Shown here piece after piece: positions 57,283-64,000 of a stretch of 64,000 bases of DNA (position 1 is its first letter; every line of letters starts with the position of its first letter). Under the pieces are notes generated by a model, which saw only the letters and a list, made by a program, of their open reading frames with translations, ran no database searches and was not told where the DNA came from. This DNA is from an uncultured Gammaproteobacteria bacterium. Its GTDB lineage: Bacteria > Patescibacteriota > Microgenomatia > UBA10105 > UBA927. The stretch is taken from the NCBI GenBank assembly GCA_964430295.1, contig CAYSEV010000003.1, forward strand, positions 6,184-70,183, written 5' to 3'. Position numbers and translations under genes: made by a program.

Positions 57283-58320
57283 ATGAATACTTGGAAATTG
57301 TTGCATGATTCTCCTGAGTTATGGGAACGATATCTTATCCGGGAAAAAGTTATTAAATCAATTCGTTCATATTTTGAGGCAAATGTGTTTCATGAGGTGG
57401 AAACACCTCTGATTATCGCGCATCCTCCGGCTGAATCCTATGTTGATGTGTTTGAAACGACCCTCTTAAATCGGAAGCGATTGCCCTCAAAAGCCTACCT
57501 TTCCACCTCACCGGAAGTGGCACTAAAAAAATTACTTGTTGCTGGGATAGGGAATTGTTATGCCTTAACAAAAAGCTTTAGAAATACAGAAATGCAGTCA
57601 CTTCGTCATAATCCCGAATTCACTATTCTTGAGTGGTATCGTGCCGGTGTGGATTATCTGTCTATTATGGAAGATGTTGAGCGCCTTGTGTTCTCGATAC
57701 AACAATCAATAAGTGATGATCCTGTTTTACATTATCAGGGAAGTGATATTCATTTAGGGCCGCCATGGGATCGCCTTACTATGAAAGATGCGTTTTTACG
57801 ATATGCGCAGGTAGATCTGGATGCTTTTTTGGATTTAAACGTAGCAAGACAGATTTCGGCAAATAAGGGCTATCAGGTGTCAGAATCCAACACATGGGAA
57901 GAGCTATATAATCAAATATTTTTAAATGAAATTGAACCAAAATTAGGATTCGGTAAACCAGTGTTTTTATATGAATTTCCTGCCTCTATGGCTGCACTTT
58001 CCAAGAAAAAATCCGCAGATCCTCGGTATGCAGAGCGGTTTGAATTTTATATTGCAGGGTTAGAGCTTGGAGATGCGTATAGTGAATTAACCGATTGGGT
58101 TGAACAAAAAAAACGGTTTGATGCGGAATTGGTTGAACTTACAAGACTCGGTAAAACACTGTATGAATATGACACAGATTTTATAGAAGCGCTCAAAGTT
58201 GGACTTCCTGATTGTTCCGGCATTGCAGTCGGTGTTGATCGTCTGGTGATGCTATTTTCCAATGTGATATCTATTGATGAAACGTTATTCTTTCCAGCAA
58301 GCGAACTGTTTTCTATATAA
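57283..58320 (+). CDS. epmA: EF-P lysine(34) beta-lysyltransferase (truncated class-II LysRS paralog, EpmA/PoxA/GenX)
   Basis: 345 aa. [30 protein letters not shown] and [22 protein letters not shown] match the EpmA blocks HNPEFTMLEWY, FHELTD and [22 protein letters not shown]. Confidence 0.8.
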   Translation: [345 protein letters not shown]

Positions 58321-58398
58321 TTATGAATATGTAGTCATGCTAAATTACATGATTCTTCGATCACATCATCATATTTCGTTCTCATTGATTGATATTGT

Positions 58399-59061
58399 AT
58401 GAATACACATACGTTGAAACAGGTACAAAATGCTATTCAACATGTAAGATATCCTGTTGATATCATTGCAGTAACTAAAACGCATTCGTTTGAGAGTGTA
58501 TATGAGGCATATACTCAAGGATTTCGTCACTTTGGAGAAAACAGAGTTGAAGAAGCCATTACTAAAATTAATTTATCCCGTCAAAACAATCTAAATAATA
58601 TATGTTGGCATATGATCGGCCATGTGCAGTCAAGGAAAATACGAGATGTTGTGATATATTTTGATAGTGTTGATTCTGTGGATAGTATTGAATTGCTAGA
58701 AAAACTTGATAGAGAAGCACACATCCAACAAAAAAAACTTCGTGTGCTTCTCGAAGTAAATATATCTCAAGAAGCAGGTAAATATGGTTTTAAAGATTTA
58801 GATGTTCAAATGCTGCGAAGTATTGAAACAAAAAACGTTTATATTGACGGCATTATGACAATGGCTCCTTTAGTACAGAATCCTGATGAGAATAGAAATA
58901 TCTTTAAAGATCTTCGGGAATTATCCAAAGTACTCCAGGAGGAAATAACGGGATTTGGTCATGTGCTTTCTATGGGAACAAGTGCTGACTATATAGTTGC
59001 TCTAGAGGAAGGTGCTACCGAAATTCGATTGGGTGGGGCGTTGTTTGGGCCCAGAAAATAA
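58399..59061 (+). CDS. yggS: YggS/PLPHP family pyridoxal-phosphate homeostasis protein
   Basis: 220 aa. IIAVTKTHSFESVYEAYTQGFRHFGENRVEEA is the alanine-racemase-N-like barrel with the PLP Lys in VTKT. Confidence 0.85.
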   Translation: MNTHTLKQVQNAIQHVRYPVDIIAVTKTHSFESVYEAYTQGFRHFGENRVEEAITKINLSRQNNLNNICWHMIGHVQSRKIRDVVIYFDSVDSVDSIELLEKLDREAHIQQKKLRVLLEVNISQEAGKYGFKDLDVQMLRSIETKNVYIDGIMTMAPLVQNPDENRNIFKDLRELSKVLQEEITGFGHVLSMGTSADYIVALEEGATEIRLGGALFGPRK

Positions 59062-59078
59062 GATATAATAAGCACAAT

Positions 59079-59642
59079 ATGGCAAACATTACGACGGCTG
59101 ATTTTACCAAGGGCATGTTCATTGAATTTAAAAATGAACCCCATCAAATAACAGAACTTACATTTGTAAATCCCGGAAAGGGGAGTGCGTTTGTTCGCAC
59201 ACGGCTTAAATCTCTTAAAACCGGTAAAGTGCAGGAATTTACATATAAATCCGGCGAATCTGCTGTGGAGATTCCTGTGTTAACCCGCGAGATGCAATAT
59301 CTGTATAAAGAAAATGAAAATTACTTATTTATGGATAATGAATCCTATGAACAGTTTGCAATTTCAGAAAGCATGCTTGGCAATTATGTGAATTACTTAA
59401 AACCAAATGATATTTATCAGATCTTGGTAAACGGAGAAGAAGCTGTTGGCTTGAGATTCCCCAAAAAAGTACGGCTGATGGTGACTGAGGCTGATGATGG
59501 AGCTAAGGGAAATACCGTGAGTGGCGCAACTAAAACGGTCAAAATAGAAACAGGCGCTATTGTTACCGTTCCACTGTTCATTAAGCAGGGAGAGATGATT
59601 GCTATTGATCCTGAATCCGGTTCATACCTTGAAAGAGGATAA
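59079..59642 (+). CDS. efp: translation elongation factor P
   Basis: 187 aa. FVNPGKGSAFVRTRLKSLKTGK shows the EpmA-type loop PGKG with the modifiable Lys at the K34-equivalent position. Confidence 0.9.
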   Translation: MANITTADFTKGMFIEFKNEPHQITELTFVNPGKGSAFVRTRLKSLKTGKVQEFTYKSGESAVEIPVLTREMQYLYKENENYLFMDNESYEQFAISESMLGNYVNYLKPNDIYQILVNGEEAVGLRFPKKVRLMVTEADDGAKGNTVSGATKTVKIETGAIVTVPLFIKQGEMIAIDPESGSYLERG

Positions 59643-59665
59643 TTAGTTCATGGTAGACTGGTAGC

Positions 59666-60856
59666 ATGGCCTCAGTAAAATCTAAACGAATTCCTCTATG
59701 GCAGTTTATTATAGCTTTTGCCGTGGGTTGTATAGCAGTACTTGTTATTGCTGTATGGGCTATTGATACATGGGAAGTGATACAGCAAAAAATCTTTGGT
59801 CTTTCCTCTGATAAGAAAAAACTGGAACAACAGGTTACCGCAATTGCAAAAGAACTTTCTGATATAAAATCCCAGGATCAGATTATTATAAATAAAACAC
59901 TTGAAGCAAATATTAAAGATATCGAACAGGCGTACACAAAGACAGTATCACTCTATGAGGATCTGTTGAAATTAAAAGAAATAACCTCTAAAACTAAAAC
60001 GTTCGACGATGGCTTTACAGATATTCTCACACTTCTTTCGAAACGAAATTATGCATCTGCAAGTGCGTCAATTAAAACATTAAAAGCCGCTATTGATTCT
60101 GAATCGGCAAAAATTGCCGCATCATTTATCATACCAGCTTCCGTCCCTCTGAATAACTCTGCTCCAGGATCAGGATTCAGTAGGCAATCTGTGACGGCCA
60201 ATGGGGAACAACATCTGGTGGATATTATCGCAGGGGATTTATCCACAACACGGGTGATTGTAGATACGGCATCTGATGGTGATTGTAAAACGGATTGTCC
60301 TGTTCTTTCACTGGGTGACTATGTGTCCCGAAACGGGGGATTTGCCGGTATTAACGGATCATATTTTTGCCCCGCTACATATCCCAGTTGCCAGGATAAA
60401 AAGAATTCTTTTGACACGTTACTCATGAATAAGAAAAAAACGTATTTTAATTCAGATAACAATAAATACAGTGTCGTACCCGCTGTTATCTTTCAAGGTG
60501 GCTCAGTGCGATTTGTGGGGCGTTCTTTAGAGTGGGGAAGAGATACGGGGATAGATAGTATGATAGCCAATCAGCCACTGCTCGTTTCAGGAGGAAATGC
60601 TGTATTTGGTGGTGATGGAGATCCGAAAAAAGGAAGTAAAGGTCCACGGGGGTTTGTGGCAAATAAAGGAAATACCGTGTACATTGGGTTTGTTCATAAT
60701 GCTACCGTTGCAGAGGCGGCATTAGTTCTTAAGGCTCTTGGCATGGAAAATGCACTGAATTTAGATAGCGGAGGGTCTTCAGCATTGTGGTTCGGAGGAT
60801 ATAAGGTGGGACCGGGTAGAGGGATTCCCAATGCTATTATATTCGTACGAAAATAA
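59666..60856 (+). CDS. membrane-anchored phosphodiester glycosidase family protein (NAGPA/DUF2233 domain) with coiled-coil stalk
   Basis: 396 aa. TM IPLWQFIIAFAVGCIAVLVIAVWAI, then a coiled coil. The C-terminal RNGGFAGINGSYFCP ... LNLDSGGSSALWFGG matches phosphodiester glycosidase motifs. Confidence 0.6.
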   Translation: MASVKSKRIPLWQFIIAFAVGCIAVLVIAVWAIDTWEVIQQKIFGLSSDKKKLEQQVTAIAKELSDIKSQDQIIINKTLEANIKDIEQAYTKTVSLYEDLLKLKEITSKTKTFDDGFTDILTLLSKRNYASASASIKTLKAAIDSESAKIAASFIIPASVPLNNSAPGSGFSRQSVTANGEQHLVDIIAGDLSTTRVIVDTASDGDCKTDCPVLSLGDYVSRNGGFAGINGSYFCPATYPSCQDKKNSFDTLLMNKKKTYFNSDNNKYSVVPAVIFQGGSVRFVGRSLEWGRDTGIDSMIANQPLLVSGGNAVFGGDGDPKKGSKGPRGFVANKGNTVYIGFVHNATVAEAALVLKALGMENALNLDSGGSSALWFGGYKVGPGRGIPNAIIFVRK

Positions 60857-60957
60857 ATATATATGTGAGTGGTTACGGTTATATTAGTTCTTACGTTTCA
60901 GCTTCATGATACCTTTTATTGACAGTCGGGTATTTAAGGTGAAACAATATCCACAAC

Positions 60958-62022
60958 ATGGGGACCCCACTCACCACAGAAGATTTATATGGATCATCGC
61001 CCTCTTCAGGCGATAGTGATAAACCGGAAAAACCGTTGGTGTATGAAGAAACACCAGTTATTGATCCTATCGTAGCTGATGCTCACCCATCTGATTCTGT
61101 GGTTTCATCTGATGGTGCAGAGTCTACACATGGAAATCAAGATTCCGGTGATGCCCCCAAATTATCTCCGCCTCATGATCTGCCACGTATGCCTAACGCT
61201 CCGTTGCCTCGTAGCTCTTCACATGTATTATTAAACATGGTTGCATTCATACTGTTATTTGTTGCTGGCATTTGGTTATCGAGTGCACTGCGACCATATT
61301 TGCCGGCAGGTTTAAGTGAGTCTTTGGGACTGGCTCCCATTTCACCTACCGCAAAACCAACGCCCAGCGCCCCTGCTACTGTCATAAGCCCAACGCCCGC
61401 AGGGATGATAGGATGGAAATCATATGATGTTATATCCGGAACTACAAGAAAGCCGATGCCAGGTATATCTTTTCAGTTGCCTACAGATATATTGCCACCT
61501 ATATGTGATGGATCAGGGTGCGCATCTCAGGGAACATATCTTCCGGGTGGAACAAGATTTACGGTTGCTGCACGGGGTACAGGACAATTACTTCGAGATT
61601 ATAGAGGCACTACGATTTCTGACGTAAATGGCATTGCCTTTACGACAAAAGCAGTGACTATAGCTGGAAAGCCATCAATGGAATATACAGGAACATTTAC
61701 CGGCCGGACTATATCGGGATATGCGTTTACGTCTATGCGTGGAGTAATGGTCCCGTTAAGTGATACAACTTCTGTTGAATTTAATCATTTTGTTCCAAGC
61801 GGCATTGTCGCAAATTTTCAGACAGATGATATTATTTTTGATGAAATACTTAAACGAGTTGTTCTATCAGGTTTGGATCAAACACAAAAGGGTGCAAATT
61901 TACTTTCTCCGACCGTATCTTTGACAGCTTCACCGTCTCCAACGTATAAAGTGTCTGTCACGCCTACTCCCACGCGCATAGCAACACAATCGGGATCGCC
62001 AACTTCTACCAAACTACCGTAA
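60958..62022 (+). CDS. hypothetical Pro/Ser/Thr-rich membrane-anchored extracytoplasmic protein
   Basis: 354 aa. Low-complexity N-terminus, TM VAFILLFVAGIWLSSAL, a PT-rich linker, and a beta-rich C-terminal domain. Confidence 0.45.
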   Translation: MGTPLTTEDLYGSSPSSGDSDKPEKPLVYEETPVIDPIVADAHPSDSVVSSDGAESTHGNQDSGDAPKLSPPHDLPRMPNAPLPRSSSHVLLNMVAFILLFVAGIWLSSALRPYLPAGLSESLGLAPISPTAKPTPSAPATVISPTPAGMIGWKSYDVISGTTRKPMPGISFQLPTDILPPICDGSGCASQGTYLPGGTRFTVAARGTGQLLRDYRGTTISDVNGIAFTTKAVTIAGKPSMEYTGTFTGRTISGYAFTSMRGVMVPLSDTTSVEFNHFVPSGIVANFQTDDIIFDEILKRVVLSGLDQTQKGANLLSPTVSLTASPSPTYKVSVTPTPTRIATQSGSPTSTKLP

Positions 62023-62057
62023 AGGATATTTTTAATTTTTTACCCGGTGTTAACCTA

Positions 62058-64000
62058 TCAGGACGTTTTTCCCGGCCACGGGGTAATGATCAATGGGACG
62101 TTGTTCCATCCAGGAAGTTGCTGATAAATCGTTTCAGTCACAAACGGCATAAACGGATGAGCTACCTTGAGGATAGTTCTATATACGTGAAGTAATACTG
62201 CGAGTGCTTGCGGATCCCCTGATTTAAAGCGCTCTTTATTTTTTTCTAAATGCACATCAGCTAGTCTGTGCCATGCAAAGTCGTAAATAGATTTAGCGGC
62301 ATCGGAAAGGCGATAATTTTCTATATTTTTCGTAACTTTTGATGTCATCATGTTAAGTTCCGTAATAATACGCTTATCATGATTATTTGAGAGAGCAGTA
62401 TGTAGTGTCTCTGAATATGTTTCAATATGCGTTCCCTCCGGTGTGTTCATTTCTATAAATCTGCCGATATTCCATAATTTATTTGCAAAGTTACGCATGC
62501 CTCTAATTTTATCTTCCGCTAATGCCTGATCATTACCCGCTGCTGTACCAAACACAAGAGCAAATCGTAGAGCATCAGTGCCATATTGATCGATCATTTT
62601 TAGGGGGTTAATCACATTACCTTTACTCTTACTCATCTTTTGTCCTTTTCCATCTCTGACTAATCCATGAAGGTATACGGTTTTAAAAGGTACATTTCCG
62701 GTCATGTAAAGCCCTAGCATGGTCATTCGACATACCCACCAGGGTAAGATGTCATATCCTGTTTCCATGACACTCGTAGGGTAGAAATACTCAATATCCG
62801 ATTTTTCACTTTTCATTTTTAACTTTTCATTTGCGATAAGAGTCGCGAAAGGCCATTGTCCTGAAGAAAACCATGTGTCAAATGTATCTTCATCTTGAGA
62901 TAAATTTGTTCCTCCACATGTTGTACAGGTAGAGGGAGCATCACCTTCTGTGATAATCCATTCAGCATTGTTATGAGTTCGCGTGCAGTCTGTGCATTTC
63001 CACGCAGGAATACGTATACCCCATACGATTTGACGACTAATATTCCAATCATGAAAGTTTGTAAACCACTGTGTTGCTAATTTTTCAAACCGTTTAGGCA
63101 CAAATTGAATCTGTTTTTCTTTAACGGCTTTTTTAGCTACATCTGTCAGTGGTTTTACTTTTACAAACCATTGTTCCATAGGTAATGGTTCAATGACAGT
63201 GTTAGATTTATAACACATGCCGACTCTATGGGTGTACTGTTCATCAATTTTTACGAGCAATCCATCTTCTTTCAGATCTTCTACCATGAGTGCCCGAGCT
63301 TCTGCCACCTTCTTTCCATGATATTTTTCTGCACGAGTTTTGTATTTAGAATCTATATTTGGTTTTGAAAGGAACCACGAAAAATCCATGCGACCTTTAA
63401 AGTCAATAATAGGGGTAACGGGAAGATTAAATTTCTTGCCTAATTCAAAGTCGTGGGCGTCATGTGCAGGTGTTACCTTCATGATTCCTGTACCGAATTT
63501 GGGATCTACCTCAGGATCAGGAATGATTGTCATGGTAATTGGGCCTAATAATCCCATGATTTCCATGGTTTTTCCTATATATTTTTTATATCGCTTATCT
63601 TTTGGATTGACGGCTAATGCTGTATCTCTGAATTTAGTTTCAGGTCGAACTGTGGCTATTGTGAATGGACCATATGTAAGATAGTACATCGGATCAATTC
63701 TATCTTCGTATTTTACTTCCAGATCGGAAAATCCGGTGCCGCATTTTGTACAATAATTAACTAACCGGACACCACGATATACTAGGCCGTCATCATAAAG
63801 CTTTTTAAATGTCTTGTAGACCGTACCTACGATCTTGGGATCCATGGTAAATGTATTGCGGCTCCAGTCGAGAGAAAATCCAAGCCGACGAAGCTGATTT
63901 TCCATAGTTCCACGGTTTGTGTGCACAAAATCCCAGATATTTTTATATAACGTCTCACGATCAAAATCGAATCGGCTTTTACCTTCTTTGGCTAAGTGTT
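62058..64000 (-). CDS. valS: valine--tRNA ligase, C-terminal about 640 codons; the N-terminus lies beyond the window end
   Basis: ATVRPETKFRDTALAVNPKDKRY compares with the ValS [23 protein letters not shown] block. WNISRQIVWGIRIPAW compares with the ValS WCISRQLWWGHRIP block. KMSKSKGNVINP is the KMSKS motif. The reading frame stays open upstream of the track's Met at 63926, through to position 64000. Confidence 0.85.
   Translation of the reverse strand, partial: HLAKEGKSRFDFDRETLYKNIWDFVHTNRGTMENQLRRLGFSLDWSRNTFTMDPKIVGTVYKTFKKLYDDGLVYRGVRLVNYCTKCGTGFSDLEVKYEDRIDPMYYLTYGPFTIATVRPETKFRDTALAVNPKDKRYKKYIGKTMEIMGLLGPITMTIIPDPEVDPKFGTGIMKVTPAHDAHDFELGKKFNLPVTPIIDFKGRMDFSWFLSKPNIDSKYKTRAEKYHGKKVAEARALMVEDLKEDGLLVKIDEQYTHRVGMCYKSNTVIEPLPMEQWFVKVKPLTDVAKKAVKEKQIQFVPKRFEKLATQWFTNFHDWNISRQIVWGIRIPAWKCTDCTRTHNNAEWIITEGDAPSTCTTCGGTNLSQDEDTFDTWFSSGQWPFATLIANEKLKMKSEKSDIEYFYPTSVMETGYDILPWWVCRMTMLGLYMTGNVPFKTVYLHGLVRDGKGQKMSKSKGNVINPLKMIDQYGTDALRFALVFGTAAGNDQALAEDKIRGMRNFANKLWNIGRFIEMNTPEGTHIETYSETLHTALSNNHDKRIITELNMMTSKVTKNIENYRLSDAAKSIYDFAWHRLADVHLEKNKERFKSGDPQALAVLLHVYRTILKVAHPFMPFVTETIYQQLPGWNNVPLIITPWPGKTS

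Noticed and set aside
1-64000. Searched for CRISPR arrays, cas genes, transposases, integrases, phage genes and toxin-antitoxin pairs.
   Set aside because: No repeat-spacer periodicity, no recognisable DDE/tyrosine-recombinase/HNH motifs and no small paired ORFs were found. The low-GC island has no visible mobility genes in this window.

Overview
This 64-kb window is a bacterial chromosomal segment spanning the replication origin, and its composition is mosaic. By eye, housekeeping genes such as dnaA, jag, rplY and the 60-62 kb genes run about 45-55% GC. A long block from about 3.9 to 40.3 kb and a second mini-block at 48.1-50.8 kb run about 23-35% GC. The origin is clear: dnaA and dnaN on the minus strand, with TTATCCACA-type DnaA boxes in the dnaA-dnaN spacer (2353-2404), upstream of dnaA (3839-3860) and inside the dnaA 3' end. 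The conserved rpmH-rnpA-yidD-yidC-jag cluster (45.76-48.0 kb) is divergent from dnaA, as in most bacteria, but about 42 kb of DNA is wedged between them instead of lying adjacent. Most of that insert is a low-GC surface-glycan locus. It carries four GT4 glycosyltransferases (three with a conserved N-terminal motif), a GT2 plus polytopic GT-C-like pair, a small initiating sugar transferase, Wzy-like membrane proteins, an NAD-epimerase, an AsnB-like amidotransferase, a GATase-II/PP-loop sugar amidotransferase fusion, a radical-SAM/SPASM protein, and a membrane-anchored PQQ-propeller/GH-A hydrolase fusion. Its right half (about 24.9-39.7 kb) is the most unusual part. A TagB/TagF-like phosphotransferase, a LicC/IspD-like nucleotidyltransferase, a P-loop kinase, an aldo-keto reductase and a TagGH/Wzm-Wzt-like ABC exporter point to a teichoic-acid-like polyol-phosphate polymer. 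They sit next to a dense set of amine/amino-acid-tailoring enzymes: two paralogous group-II PLP decarboxylases, a fold-III decarboxylase, a glutamine-synthetase-family ligase, an SHMT-like enzyme, a class-IV aminotransferase and two methyltransferases. I could not match this combination to a described pathway. Immediately after it, a strong sigma70-like promoter drives a three-gene operon (40.5-45.7 kb) of unknown-function envelope proteins: a 926-aa bitopic protein, a 213-aa anchored protein, and a 572-aa secreted Cys-rich protein with a poly-Asn microsatellite. The rest of the window encodes Wzy-like/Wzx, rnhA, a DUF4012-like giant envelope protein, rplY, SurA-N/cyclophilin, epmA-yggS-efp (no epmB), a NAGPA-type phosphodiester glycosidase, and valS truncated at the window edge. 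No transposase, integrase or CRISPR was seen, and no tRNA could be confirmed by eye. The taxon is uncertain; the gene content (many Wzy-like, DUF4012-like, small genome-style operons) fits an uncultivated lineage such as CPR/Patescibacteria, but that is a guess.
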